A stretch of 64,000 bases of DNA, from NCBI GenBank assembly GCA_050618055.1, contig JBNLVK010000291.1, positions 12,655 to 76,654 on the forward strand, given 5' to 3'. How positions within the stretch are numbered: position 1 is the first letter of the stretch; each line of letters begins with the position of its first letter. Source of the DNA: Myxococcota bacterium (GTDB lineage: Bacteria; Myxococcota_A; UBA9160; SMWR01). The position numbers and the translations under genes were made by a program. The notes beneath the pieces are model-generated. The model made no database searches, had not been told where the DNA came from, and saw only the letters and a program-made list of their open reading frames with translations. Shown piece by piece: positions 51,244 to 60,603 of the stretch.

Positions 51244-52445
51244 GGCGCCTCGCCCACGTAGCGCGCGCGCGGGCGGATCAGGCTGCCGGCTTCGTACTGC
51301 TCGATGGCGTGGGCGATCCAGCCGGCGGTGCGGGCGATCGTGACCAGGCAGAGCGCGGCACCCGGCGGAAGGCCCAGTGCGCGCCGCAGGGCCACCGTCG
51401 CGAAGTCGACGTTCGGCGCCCGCGCGATCAGCCGAAGGCACTCGCGCTCGACGGCGTCGGCGACCGCCAGGTCCGGGCTCCCGCCGTCCAGCCCGCGCAC
51501 CCGTGCGAGCAGCGCCCGCGCGCGCGGGTCGCCCTCGCGGTAGAGCGGGTGGCCGAAGCCGGGGATGCGCTCGCCGCGGCGGAGGCGCGCCTCCAGCACC
51601 GCGCGCGCCCGCTCCGGCCGTTCGATCTCGTCGAACAGCGCCTCCACCTGCTCGCTGGCGCGACCGTGCAGCGGTCCGCCCAGGGCCGACAGGCCGGCGA
51701 TCACCGCCGCGTAGGGTGTGGCGCCCGACGACGCGACGCAGCGCACGGTGAAGGTGCTGACGTTCAGCTCGTGGTCCGCCCACAGGATGAGCGCCGCCTC
51801 CAGGGGCTCGCGCACCGCAGGGCGGTCCGGCGCCCAGGCGCGCTGGAGCACGTCGGCGGCGGGGGCGTCGGACGGTGCGCCGCCGGTGCTCACGGCGGTC
51901 AGGATGCGCAGCAGCTTCGCGCCGACGCGGCGCACGCCCGGCGCGCTGCGGTCGTAGCCCGACGCGTCCTCGCCGGCCTTGGCCGCCAGCACCACCTGGA
52001 AGCGTTCGATGGCGGGCAGGTCGGCCAGCGCCGGCGTGGGCTTCGCGAAGGCGCGAGGCAGGGCCGGCACCACCGGGTCGATGCCGGTCGCGAGCGTGCC
52101 GCCCCACAGGAAGCCGGCCACCTGCTCGAAGCCCGCCTGACCGATGAAGCCCTCGGCCGGCAGCCCGCGGTAGTAGAGCTGGCCGTCGCGGATCAGCGTC
52201 AGGCCCGACTCGAGCAGCGGCGCGCCGAACGACAGCGCCTGGGACGCCGCCCGCTCCGGATCGCGCCGGCTCTGCTTGCGCCGCGCCAGCCGCTCCACGT
52301 CCTCGGCGTGGTAGAGCCGCGCGCGGGTGCCCCGCTGCCGCTCGCTGCGGATCAGCCCGCGCGAGACGTAGGCGTAGAGGGTGTCGCGGCGGACGCCGAG
52401 CCGGCGCGCCGCCTCGTCCGCCGAGAGCCGCCCGGGACCGCTCAC
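51240..52445 (-). CDS. Citrate synthase family protein with N-terminal excisionase/MerR-like HTH
   Basis: LSADEAARRLGVRRDTLYAYVSRG; ADHELN.ST, GPLHG, GFGHPLY, PNVDF, RPRARY. Confidence 0.88.
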   Translation of the reverse strand: MSGPGRLSADEAARRLGVRRDTLYAYVSRGLIRSERQRGTRARLYHAEDVERLARRKQSRRDPERAASQALSFGAPLLESGLTLIRDGQLYYRGLPAEGFIGQAGFEQVAGFLWGGTLATGIDPVVPALPRAFAKPTPALADLPAIERFQVVLAAKAGEDASGYDRSAPGVRRVGAKLLRILTAVSTGGAPSDAPAADVLQRAWAPDRPAVREPLEAALILWADHELNVSTFTVRCVASSGATPYAAVIAGLSALGGPLHGRASEQVEALFDEIERPERARAVLEARLRRGERIPGFGHPLYREGDPRARALLARVRGLDGGSPDLAVADAVERECLRLIARAPNVDFATVALRRALGLPPGAALCLVTIARTAGWIAHAIEQYEAGSLIRPRARYVGEAP

Positions 52446-52469
52446 GAGCCGTCTCCGCGCGCCCCTGGA

Positions 52470-52487
52470 CTTGATATATAAATCAAG
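52470..52487. promoter_or_regulatory. Palindrome CTTGAT-N6-ATCAAG between divergent citrate synthase genes
   Basis: CTTGATATATAAATCAAG, strongly AT-rich island, followed by further TTGA units. Confidence 0.65.
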
Positions 52488-52545
52488 ATTGACCGCATTG
52501 ATGGTCGAGTCTAGCCTCCCTTCGCGCGCCCCGCACGGAGGATGC

Positions 52546-53727
52546 ATGACGCAGATCGCCCGCGGACTGGCCGACATCGCCATCACCGAGACCCGCCTCT
52601 CCCGGGTCGACGGGGAGGCCGGCCGCCTGCTGATCGGGGGCTTCGCCGTGGAGGAGCTGGCGCCGAACGCCTGCTTCGAGGAGACGCTCTTCCTGCTCTG
52701 GAACGACCGGCTGCCGTCGCCGGCCGAGCTCTCCGCGCTGCGCGCCGGTCTGGCGGAGCGTCGCGCGCTGGCGCCGGCCACCCTGGCGCTGCTGCGGGCG
52801 GCGGCCGACGCCGGCACCGCGCCCATGGACGCGCTGCGCATGGGCGCGGCCACGCTCGGGCTCGCGGAGCCCGGCCTGCACCGCACCGAGCTCCAGGCCC
52901 GGCCCGCCGGCGAGGTCCGGCAGACGGCGCTGCGCCTGGTGGCGGCGCTGCCGGTGGTCGCGGCCGCCTACCACCGGCTGTGCCAGGGCCGCGAGCCGGT
53001 CGTGCCGGACCCGGCGCTCGACCACGCGGCCAGCTACCTCCACCTGCTGACCGGCGAGGTGCCGGCGCCGGGCCAGGCGCGCGCCCTCGCCACCTACCTG
53101 AACACCACCGCCGACCACGGCATGAACGCCTCCACCTTCACGGCGCGGGTCGTGGCCAGCACGCGCTCCTGCCTGTCGTCGGCGATCGTCGCGGCGCTGG
53201 GGGCGCTGAAGGGTCCGCTGCACGGCGGCGCCCCGGGTCCCGCCCTCGACATGGTCTTCGATCTCCAGCGCCGCGCCGACGCGACCGGGCGTTCGCTCGA
53301 GAGCGTGACCGAGCAGTGGGTGCGCGACCAGGTGGCCAAGGGCGAGCGCATCATGGGCTTCGGCCACCGCGTCTACCGCGTGCGCGATCCGCGGGCCGAC
53401 GTGCTGGGCGCCGCGGTGGAGCGGCTCTTCCCGGAGCGCGACGACGACGGTCTCTACCGCCGGGCGCGCACCGTCGAGCAGGGGGTGCTCGACGTGCTCG
53501 CCGAGCTGAAGCCGGACCGCGTGCTCCAGACCAACGTCGAGTTCTACACCGCGCTGCTGCTGCACGGCCTGGGGCTGCCGTCGCCGTTGTTCACGCCCAC
53601 CTTCGCCGTGGCGCGCGTGGCGGGCTGGACCGCCCACGTGCTCGAGCAGATCGACGAGGATCGGCTGATCCGGCCGCGGGTGGTGTACGCCGGCGCCGAA
53701 GGACGCCGCTGGGCCGGCGCCGCCTGA
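52546..53727 (+). CDS. Citrate synthase / 2-methylcitrate synthase
   Basis: GLADI, DHGMNASTF, LKGPLHGGA, GFGHRVY...DPRA, NVEFY, RLIRP. Confidence 0.9.
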   Translation: MTQIARGLADIAITETRLSRVDGEAGRLLIGGFAVEELAPNACFEETLFLLWNDRLPSPAELSALRAGLAERRALAPATLALLRAAADAGTAPMDALRMGAATLGLAEPGLHRTELQARPAGEVRQTALRLVAALPVVAAAYHRLCQGREPVVPDPALDHAASYLHLLTGEVPAPGQARALATYLNTTADHGMNASTFTARVVASTRSCLSSAIVAALGALKGPLHGGAPGPALDMVFDLQRRADATGRSLESVTEQWVRDQVAKGERIMGFGHRVYRVRDPRADVLGAAVERLFPERDDDGLYRRARTVEQGVLDVLAELKPDRVLQTNVEFYTALLLHGLGLPSPLFTPTFAVARVAGWTAHVLEQIDEDRLIRPRVVYAGAEGRRWAGAA

Positions 53728-53762
53728 CGCCCGCGTGATACGGTGGCGCCGAGGGAGCGGCC

Positions 53763-54170
53763 GTGTCCATCCGCCACATCGACCACCTGGCGATCACGGT
53801 CGCCGACATCGAGACCACGATCGCCTTCTACCGCGACGTGCTGGACGCGGAGGTGCTGTACGAGGACCTGTGGCGCGCGGGGAAGATCCCGATCGTGCAG
53901 CTGCGGCTGGGGGCGTCGCGGCTCTCGGTGCACGCGGCCAGCGGTCCGGCCGAGCCCCACGCCCACGTGCCCATGCCCGGCTCCGGCGACTTCTGCTTCC
54001 GCTGGGACGGAACCGTCGCCGAGGCGGTGGCCCGGCTCGAGCGCCACGGCGTGCCGGTGATCGAAGGTCCCGTGCCGCGCCCGGCTGCCGACGCCACCCT
54101 CGGCCGGTCGGTCTACTTCCGCGACCCGGACCGCAACCTGCTCGAGCTGCTCACCACCGAGCCCGACTGA
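53763..54170 (+). CDS. VOC/glyoxalase family protein
   Basis: IDHL.ITV.D, PGSGDFCF, EGPVPR, SVYFRDPD.NLLE. Confidence 0.88.
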   Translation: MSIRHIDHLAITVADIETTIAFYRDVLDAEVLYEDLWRAGKIPIVQLRLGASRLSVHAASGPAEPHAHVPMPGSGDFCFRWDGTVAEAVARLERHGVPVIEGPVPRPAADATLGRSVYFRDPDRNLLELLTTEPD

Positions 54171-54212
54171 GCGGGTACACTGCGCCCCCGCCACCCACTG
54201 GAGGAGTCCCCC

Positions 54213-54863
54213 GTGAAGCTCTACGACGCCGTCGGACCCAACCCGCGCCTGGTGCGCATGTTCCTCGCCGAGAAGGGCGTCGAGCTGCCGACCGAGCAGG
54301 TCGACATCATGGCCGGCCAGAACCGCCAGGCCCCCTACACCGACGCCAACCCCTTCGGCCAGATGCCGGCCCTCGAGCTGGACGACGGACGCGTGATCGG
54401 CGAGACGACGGTGATCTGCGAGTACCTGGAGGAGAAGCACCCGACGCCGGTGCTCGTCGGCGCCACGCCCGAGGAGCGCGCCGAGACGCGCATGTGGACG
54501 CGCCGCGCCGTGCTGAACGTGATCGAGCCCATGTCCGCCGGCTTCCGCTTCGCCGAGGGCCTGTCGATGTTCCAGGGTCGCATGCGCTGCATGCCCGACG
54601 CCTCGGCCGACTTCAAGGCGGTGGCCCAGGACGGCCTGGCGCTCTTCGACGGCCTGATCGAGGGACGCGCCTGGATCGTGGGCGACCGCTTCACGCTGGC
54701 CGACATCGCGCTCTACACCCTGCTCGACTTCTTCGCGACCGTGGGCCAGCCCCTCGACCCGGAGCGGAAGAACGTGGGCGCCTGGTTCGAGCGCGTGGGC
54801 GCGCGGCCCAGCGCCGAGGCGAGCCTGCACCCGGTCGCCGCCGGCGGCGGCATGCGCGCCTAG
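54213..54863 (+). CDS. Glutathione S-transferase family protein
   Basis: PNPR.VRMFLAEKG, NPFGQMPALELDDG, ICEYLEE, FTLADI. Confidence 0.9.
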   Translation: MKLYDAVGPNPRLVRMFLAEKGVELPTEQVDIMAGQNRQAPYTDANPFGQMPALELDDGRVIGETTVICEYLEEKHPTPVLVGATPEERAETRMWTRRAVLNVIEPMSAGFRFAEGLSMFQGRMRCMPDASADFKAVAQDGLALFDGLIEGRAWIVGDRFTLADIALYTLLDFFATVGQPLDPERKNVGAWFERVGARPSAEASLHPVAAGGGMRA

Positions 54864-56179
54864 GAGAGGCTCTCCACCTCGATCGGCAGGCCGTCGACCG
54901 GCTTCGAGATCGGCGCCTGCTGCACCGGCATGACGTAGCCGTCGGGCACGCTCCAGCGGAAGCGCTGCACCAGCTGGTGGGCGACCAGCCGCACCTGGGC
55001 TTCGGCGAAGCGTCGGCCCAGGCACATGTGGGTGCCGCCGCCGAAGGGGATCCAGCTGTGGGTGTGGCGCTCGTGCTCGGCGCGCTCGGGCGCGAAGCGC
55101 TCCGGCTGGAAGCGCTCGGGCTCGCTCCACCACTCGGGCATGACGTGGGTGTGGATCGGTGACACCACCACCATGGTGCCCTGGCGGATGGTGTGGCCCT
55201 GCCACTCGAAGTCGCGGGTGGCGGTCCGCGGAATGACCGGCAGCGGCGGGTAGAGCCGCAGCACCTCCTGCATGGCCCAGGTGAGTGCGGGCAGGCGGTC
55301 GAGGTCGTCGAAGCCGGGGCAGGGGTCGCCCAGCGCCAGGCTCTCCTCGCGGATGCGCTCCTGCCACTCCGGGTGCCGCGCCAGCTCCCAGGTGAGCGAC
55401 GTCAGCGTGCTGGTGGTCGTGTCGTGGGCGGCCATCATCAGGAAGATCATGTGGTCGAGGATCTCCTGGTCCGAGAACACCTCGCCCGTCTCCGAGCGCG
55501 CGCGGCACAGCCGGCTGAACAGGTCGCCGGCCGGGTCGCCGCGCTTCTTCGGGATCATGTCTCCCAGCAGCGACAGCAGCGTGCGACGGCCGTCGAGACC
55601 GCGCTTGTAGCGTCCGGCGAAGGGCAGGCGCAGCCCGGGCATGGAGGCCGCGACCATCGCCTCGAAGGCGCCGTTCATGCGACGCGCCGCGGGCCCCAGG
55701 TCGACGCCCACGAAGATGGACGCCGCCATGTCGAGGGTCAGCGCCTTGTAGGCGTCGAAGGCGCGCAGGCGTCCGCCGCCGGGGCGCGGCGCGAAGCGGT
55801 CGAGGCCCGCCGCGATTGCCGGCCCCATGCGCTCGGTGTACTCGCGCAGCACGGGCCGCTTGAAGGTCTCGTGCATGATCTTGCGGTGGTGGCGGTGCTC
55901 GTCGCCGTCCCGCAGCAGCAGGCCGTTGGGGAAGATGCCGCCCATGATGAGCGTCCAGGGCTCCCGCGCCGAGAACAGGCGCTCGCGGTCGAGCAGCACG
56001 AAGCGGTTGGCGTCGGGTCCGAACAGGGTGACGTTGTAGAAGCGCCCGCCGCCCATGCCGACCACCGGACCCAGCTCGCGGTGGAGCCGGGTGTGGAGCC
56101 CGCGCATCTCGTAGCGACGCGCGCCGCGGCCGGTGATCTGACCGAGCACCAGGCGGGCCGGCGCCTTCGGGATCGCCAT
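54860..56179 (-). CDS. Cytochrome P450 (CYP136-like)
   Basis: HMIFLMMAAHDTT, EVLR, PERF, FGGGTHMCLG. Confidence 0.92.
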   Translation of the reverse strand: MAIPKAPARLVLGQITGRGARRYEMRGLHTRLHRELGPVVGMGGGRFYNVTLFGPDANRFVLLDRERLFSAREPWTLIMGGIFPNGLLLRDGDEHRHHRKIMHETFKRPVLREYTERMGPAIAAGLDRFAPRPGGGRLRAFDAYKALTLDMAASIFVGVDLGPAARRMNGAFEAMVAASMPGLRLPFAGRYKRGLDGRRTLLSLLGDMIPKKRGDPAGDLFSRLCRARSETGEVFSDQEILDHMIFLMMAAHDTTTSTLTSLTWELARHPEWQERIREESLALGDPCPGFDDLDRLPALTWAMQEVLRLYPPLPVIPRTATRDFEWQGHTIRQGTMVVVSPIHTHVMPEWWSEPERFQPERFAPERAEHERHTHSWIPFGGGTHMCLGRRFAEAQVRLVAHQLVQRFRWSVPDGYVMPVQQAPISKPVDGLPIEVESLS

Positions 56180-58359
56180 CAGCCGCCGTGCTCCACGAAG
56201 ATGGGCGACGACCAGGCCCGCTCGCGCACCGGCGCCAGGCAGTCGTCGTCGCGGGGCGTGGCGAAGCCGCCGGAGCAGGGCTCCGCCGTCCAGGCGCCGC
56301 TGGCGTCGCGGCGGACGCGGGCGTTGGCGCCGTTGATGGCGGGGGTCTCGGCCTGGAGCGCTCGCACGTAGTAGATCGTATCGCGCCCCCGGGCCGCGAA
56401 CTCCGCGTCCTCGAAACGCACGCGGCAGCCGCCGCCGTCGCCGGGGCAGGGCAGGCGCAGCCACGGATCCTCGATCAGCGCGGCCACGTCCTCGCCGGGG
56501 TGGCTGCGCGGCCGGATGCGCACCACCTCGATCGCCTCGATGGGCACGCGCTCGTCGCCCGGGTGATGGCACTCGCCCAGGCACAGGGCGTCGATGCGTT
56601 CGGCACTCATGGCCCGGAGCGTATCGTCCGGACAGCCCGGCTTCTGAACGAAGCTTCCCGCGGCGCGCACCTCGAAGGCCGGGCTGCCGGTGCGCGTGGC
56701 CTCGCCTCCCATGGGGGTGGGGACCTCGCCGCCCAGCAGGTCGAACCAGAGCAGGATGCGCGGACCGCTGGTGGCGTAGACCTCGCGCCGCTCGAGCGCC
56801 GCGAACACGCCCTCGCGGTCGCGCCGCTCGCTGTGCACGGCCACCAGCCCGCCGGTGTAGAGGAAGCTGGCGGTGCGCTCGGTGTCGAGCAGCGACCGGA
56901 AGCCCGTGGCCGCGGGCGGCGACGGCTGGGCGCGCGCCGGATCCTCCGGCTCGCCGGCCACGAAGCCGCGCAGCAGGTCGGCGGTGCGCTGCGAAGCGAA
57001 GCCGCGCGCGTCGGTCATGCCCTTGCGCCCCACCTGCTTGTAGCCGCTGCCGGCGCGCGCGGTGTGGTTGTCGCTCGAGCCGATGAAGCCCCAGCGGAAG
57101 TCGCCGCTGGCCAGGGCGTACTGGGCGCTCATGTGGGGGCGGTCGGCCAGGGCCGGCTTGAAGGCGCCGCGGGTCTGGTCGCAGTCGAGCCAGTCGGCCG
57201 CCGTGGTGTCGGGCAGCACCCAGTGCGGACGCCGACCCGCCTCGAGCGCCAGCCGCATGGCCTCGTCCACGCGGGCCTGGCACAGGGCGGCGGGCAGGTC
57301 GCCGCAGCGCTCACGCACGATCTCGCCGGCGCGCCAGCAGCAGGGCAGGTAGTCGTCGGTGGGCTCGGCGCACACGCCCGCCAGCGCGGCGCGCTCGGCG
57401 GCGGCGGCCGCCGGCTCGAAGCGCTCGCCGCTGCCGTGCCCCGAGAACACCTCGACCAGGCGCTGCACGTCCGGCGCGCTGCGCTCGGGTGAGGCCTGCA
57501 CGTCGAGCCGCGCGCCCGGCGGCGCGTGGATTCCCCAGCCGAGGCCGTGGGGCACCACCAGCGCGCGACCGCCCCACTGGGCCAGCTTCTCGAACAGCAC
57601 CTCGGGCGTGGGCGCGGTCTCCTGGCACTCGCGCGGCAGCTCGCGGGTGTCGACGCCGCGCTCGCAGAAGGGCACGTTCGCCAGCCGCCGGATCCACCAC
57701 AGGAAGTCGGCGTAGGGTCGGGCGCCGAGGGTGAGCGCCGCCTCGGCCACCCGCGCCAGTCCCAGGTAGCGGGCCCGGTCCATCACGTCGTCGGGCAGGG
57801 CCGAGATGGGGCGGGGCGGAACCTCCTCGTCGGCGAGCCCGGGGACGATCACGTTCTTGTGGCCGAAGTGGGCGTCGGGCGTCATGCCCATCTGCGTCCA
57901 CTCGTAGCCGACGAAGGCCATCAGGTCCGGGCTCGCCGGGTCTCCGGCCCGCTCGTTGCACTGGCGAACGCTCTCGATCGAGCGCCGCCAGCGCTCGGGC
58001 GTCAGGCCCTCGGCGTGGTCGTTCAGCGAGAAGAAGTCGAGGTTCGCGCAGTGGCGGGCGAAGTCGCAGGCGTCGGCCGGCGGGTGGGCGCCGGCGCCGC
58101 CGAAGACGGGCAGCGCGTACAGGAAGGCGTCGATCGAGTAGGTGGTGTGGACGTGCAGGTCGCCGAACAGGATCGACTTCGACGCGGGCACCGCCAGCGA
58201 TCGCCGCACCTCGCGCTGGGCCGCCTGCTTGGCGGCCACGACCTCCGGCCCGTGGCCCGCCCCCTGCACGCGCCCCGCCGGCGGATCGCCGCCGCTGCAC
58301 GCCAGCGCCAGCAGGCACCCCGCGAGCGCCGCGCGCGCCCGGCTCGATCGATCAGACAC
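56179..58359 (-). CDS. DUF3604 family PHP-like metallo-hydrolase, probable lipoprotein
   Basis: LALAC lipobox; FGDLHVHTTYS.DA, DHAE, GYEWT, GSSDNH, YATSGPRI, ERAWSSPI. Confidence 0.82.
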   Translation of the reverse strand: MSDRSSRARAALAGCLLALACSGGDPPAGRVQGAGHGPEVVAAKQAAQREVRRSLAVPASKSILFGDLHVHTTYSIDAFLYALPVFGGAGAHPPADACDFARHCANLDFFSLNDHAEGLTPERWRRSIESVRQCNERAGDPASPDLMAFVGYEWTQMGMTPDAHFGHKNVIVPGLADEEVPPRPISALPDDVMDRARYLGLARVAEAALTLGARPYADFLWWIRRLANVPFCERGVDTRELPRECQETAPTPEVLFEKLAQWGGRALVVPHGLGWGIHAPPGARLDVQASPERSAPDVQRLVEVFSGHGSGERFEPAAAAAERAALAGVCAEPTDDYLPCCWRAGEIVRERCGDLPAALCQARVDEAMRLALEAGRRPHWVLPDTTAADWLDCDQTRGAFKPALADRPHMSAQYALASGDFRWGFIGSSDNHTARAGSGYKQVGRKGMTDARGFASQRTADLLRGFVAGEPEDPARAQPSPPAATGFRSLLDTERTASFLYTGGLVAVHSERRDREGVFAALERREVYATSGPRILLWFDLLGGEVPTPMGGEATRTGSPAFEVRAAGSFVQKPGCPDDTLRAMSAERIDALCLGECHHPGDERVPIEAIEVVRIRPRSHPGEDVAALIEDPWLRLPCPGDGGGCRVRFEDAEFAARGRDTIYYVRALQAETPAINGANARVRRDASGAWTAEPCSGGFATPRDDDCLAPVRERAWSSPIFVEHGG

Positions 58360-58780
58360 CCAGCTCCTCGTCGTCGTAGAGGCGCCGAACGTACAGCGAG
58401 TCGAAGTACTCGTGCACCTCGCGGATCCGGCCGTCGCGCAGCTCGTAGAGCACGAAGTAGTCGGAGGCGTAGGGCTCGCCGCTCCTTCGGGTGGTGCCGC
58501 GGTGGCGCATCTCCACGGCCACCCGGTTGCCCTCGGCCAGCGCCGACAGCACCTCGATGTCGTACTCGCGCGTGCCCGTCTCGTAGAGCTTCTCGTCGAC
58601 CGCGAAGTAGACGTCGAAGATGGCGTCGCGGCCCTCGTGGACGCCGGGTCCGCCCAGGCTCGGCGGGTACTTCCAGCGCGCGTCCGGGTGGAAGGCCGCG
58701 CGCGCCGCCTCGCGGTCGCCGCGCGAGAGCGCCTCCAGGAAGGCCAGCACGATCTGCTTGTTGCCGGCGGCGCTCGTCAT
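58352..58780 (-). CDS. NTF2/SnoaL-like family protein
   Basis: NKQIV.AFL.AL..GD, AEGNRV..E, ELRDG.I.E.HEYFD. Confidence 0.82.
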   Translation of the reverse strand: MTSAAGNKQIVLAFLEALSRGDREAARAAFHPDARWKYPPSLGGPGVHEGRDAIFDVYFAVDEKLYETGTREYDIEVLSALAEGNRVAVEMRHRGTTRRSGEPYASDYFVLYELRDGRIREVHEYFDSLYVRRLYDDEELGV

Positions 58781-59805
58781 CAGTCGACGAAGGCCCGGAT
58801 GCGCTGGTGCACCAGCGACTGGCGGAAGGGGGTGTGGGCCTCGAAGGGGACCCAGCCGGCCGAGTAGCCGATCTGGTCCGACAGGGCGCGCGCCGCCAGG
58901 TAGACGTCGAAGCTGTCGTCCCAGACGAAGAAGCGCAGGTAGACGCGTTGCGGCGAGTGCTGGAGCAGCTCGGAGCGATAGCGCGAGTTGCCGACGCGCA
59001 GCTCCTTCGTCGTCTCGCCCGCGTCGCGCCGCCGCCAGGCCAGCTGACCGGTCAGCGTCCCGCCCACGTCGAGCACGTGCCAGCGCAGGTTCGCGTCGCC
59101 CACGTCGTTGCTCTCGAACCAGCGGAGCACGCGGCTGCGGTCGATCGCGCTGCGCTGGATGCTCTCCGGCGACGAGCCGCCGGTGGCCTGGCGGATGGCG
59201 CCCCACAGGCGGTCCACCAGCTCCTGGCCGTCGACGCGCAGGATGCGGCCGTGGCGCACGAAGAAGGCGATCTCGCGGGCCCCGACCGGTGCCGGCCGCG
59301 GATCGGGCAGGCGCGCGTCGCGGGCCGTGGCGGCGACCGGCCGGGCGAGCTTCTGCTCGAGGTCGCTGCGCTCGCGGGTCTCGGCGGCGAGCGCGCGCTC
59401 CAGACGCTGCAGCGTCTCCCGCGCCGCGGCCCGCCGCCGCTCGATCTCGGCCGCGCCGCGCGGTGCGCCGCGACCCGCCTCGAGCTCGCGATCCAGGGTC
59501 GCCACGCTGGCGCGCAGCGCCGACAGCTCGGCACGGCGCTCGCGGCGCAGGGCCTCGCGCTCCGCCGCGTCGGGCAGCAGCGGCGCCAGGGCGCCGCGCA
59601 GCTCGCGGGCCTCCTCCTCGGCGGCGGCCATGGCCTCGCGCGAAAGCTCGGGCCGTCCCACCAGCTCGTCCTTCAGGCGCTCCATGGCGTCGCCCACGCT
59701 GATCTGCATCACCGCCAGCAGCACGACCAGGATGCCGGTCACGTTCGCCATGGTGTCGAGCAGCGAATCCAGGTTCTGACCGTCGTTGCGGCGGCGCCGG
59801 CTCAT
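58780..59805 (-). CDS. Single-TM coiled-coil protein, ExbD/TolR-like partner retaining the TM Asp
   Basis: MSRRRR..NLDSLLDTMANVTGILVVLL, coiled coil, C-terminal alpha/beta domain. Confidence 0.65.
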   Translation of the reverse strand: MSRRRRNDGQNLDSLLDTMANVTGILVVLLAVMQISVGDAMERLKDELVGRPELSREAMAAAEEEARELRGALAPLLPDAAEREALRRERRAELSALRASVATLDRELEAGRGAPRGAAEIERRRAAARETLQRLERALAAETRERSDLEQKLARPVAATARDARLPDPRPAPVGAREIAFFVRHGRILRVDGQELVDRLWGAIRQATGGSSPESIQRSAIDRSRVLRWFESNDVGDANLRWHVLDVGGTLTGQLAWRRRDAGETTKELRVGNSRYRSELLQHSPQRVYLRFFVWDDSFDVYLAARALSDQIGYSAGWVPFEAHTPFRQSLVHQRIRAFVD

Positions 59806-60593
59806 CCGCGCCCCCTGCGGCGCGAAAGCGGCGAGAAGTCGAGCGGGCCCTCGCCCACGATCGGCATCTCGCCGGAGCGCACCCGGTGGCGGTCGGCCAC
59901 CGGGCGCGCGCGCCGGTAGCTCTCGACCCCGCCTTCGCGGATCAGGAAGATGACACTGGCGTTCGAGCGGAACAGCACCTCGCGCAGGAAGCGCGCGTAC
60001 TCGGGGCTGGCGCGCACCAGGTGGGTGGGAATGGGCCGCGCCTCGCGCGTCTCGCCCACGTAGAGCACGATGCCCTCGGAGCGACACTCGACGAAGTGGG
60101 GATCCAGGCCGAGCCCGCTGCCCGAGGGCTGGATGCGGATGGGCGCCTCGGCCTGGAGGGCGCGGCGCCGGGCCAGCTCCTCGCGCTTCTCGCCGTTGGT
60201 CCGTTGCAGCGGTGCCAGCTCGCGCTCGAGGGCCGCCACCCGCGCCTCGTCGTCGGCCAGCGCCTCGCGATCGGGCACGTTGCGCGCCAGCGCGCCGGCC
60301 AGGGCGTCGCGCTCGCGGGCCAGCGCGTCGCGCCGCTCCCGCTCCGCGGCCAGGCTGCGGGCCAGGTCGTCCAGCTCGGTCGACAGGCCCTGGAGCTCGG
60401 CCAGCCGCCGGCGCCCCTCCACGATCTCGGCCTCCAGACGCTCGTAGCTCTCCAGGTCGATGCCGCCGGACGCCACCTGCGAGGTGGCGCTGGCCGTGAT
60501 CACCAGGATCAGCGTGCCGATCACGCAGGCCAGGATCGACAGGAACGGGAACAGCGACACGCTGGGGCGCGTGCGGCGTCGCGGCCTCGCCAC
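59802..60593 (-). CDS. Single-TM coiled-coil protein, ExbD/TolR-like partner lacking the TM Asp
   Basis: MARPRRR..SLFPFLSILACVIGTLILVI, coiled coil, C-terminal alpha/beta domain. Confidence 0.65.
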   Translation of the reverse strand: MARPRRRTRPSVSLFPFLSILACVIGTLILVITASATSQVASGGIDLESYERLEAEIVEGRRRLAELQGLSTELDDLARSLAAERERRDALARERDALAGALARNVPDREALADDEARVAALERELAPLQRTNGEKREELARRRALQAEAPIRIQPSGSGLGLDPHFVECRSEGIVLYVGETREARPIPTHLVRASPEYARFLREVLFRSNASVIFLIREGGVESYRRARPVADRHRVRSGEMPIVGEGPLDFSPLSRRRGRG

Positions 60594-60603
60594 CCCCGGC
60601 CCC

